From Octopus sinensis (taxonomy: Eukaryota), in contig NW_021829417.1 in the NCBI RefSeq assembly GCF_006345805.1, positions 1-6,222 of the forward strand: a stretch of DNA of 6,222 nt, in the 5' to 3' direction. The notes beneath the pieces were generated by a model. That model made no database searches and was not told where the DNA came from. It saw only the letters and a program-made list of their open reading frames with translations. Each line of letters starts with the position of its first letter. The stretch's first letter is position 1. Both the position numbers and the translations under genes were made by a program. Shown here piece by piece: positions 6,119 through 6,222 of this stretch.

Positions 6119-6222
6119 GGTATCCATTAAGGTTTCGAATGAATATTCCCAGTTGCATTGTTAAATCAGGAAATTTGGCCAACAAACATCTGAATTCATC
6201 AACACCGAACCGCACCACACCA

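Overview
Eukaryotic, microsatellite-dense, apparently non-coding DNA (intron or intergenic). It is most likely from an octopod cephalopod. That is an inference from my recollection of abundant Octopus repeats plus the repeat density, not a database result. I cannot support any protein-coding gene: the listed ORFs are simple-repeat or repeat-derived. The clearest features are two young, ~94% identical copies of a tRNA-derived SINE in opposite orientation (3654-3894 +, with a perfect 14-bp target-site duplication; 5492-5692 -, 5'-truncated). Both sit inside older retroelement remnants, and the second lies inside an older copy of its own family. A second, older family with a (CAA)n 3' tail appears as about four decayed remnants, and a third SINE tail remnant probably lies at 5165-5340. 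There are also several local tandem or direct duplications, two canonical G-quadruplex motifs and many microsatellites. I found no convincing new biological system. The most promising leads are the SINE nesting and junction anatomy and the inverted SINE pair as a possible A-to-I editing substrate.
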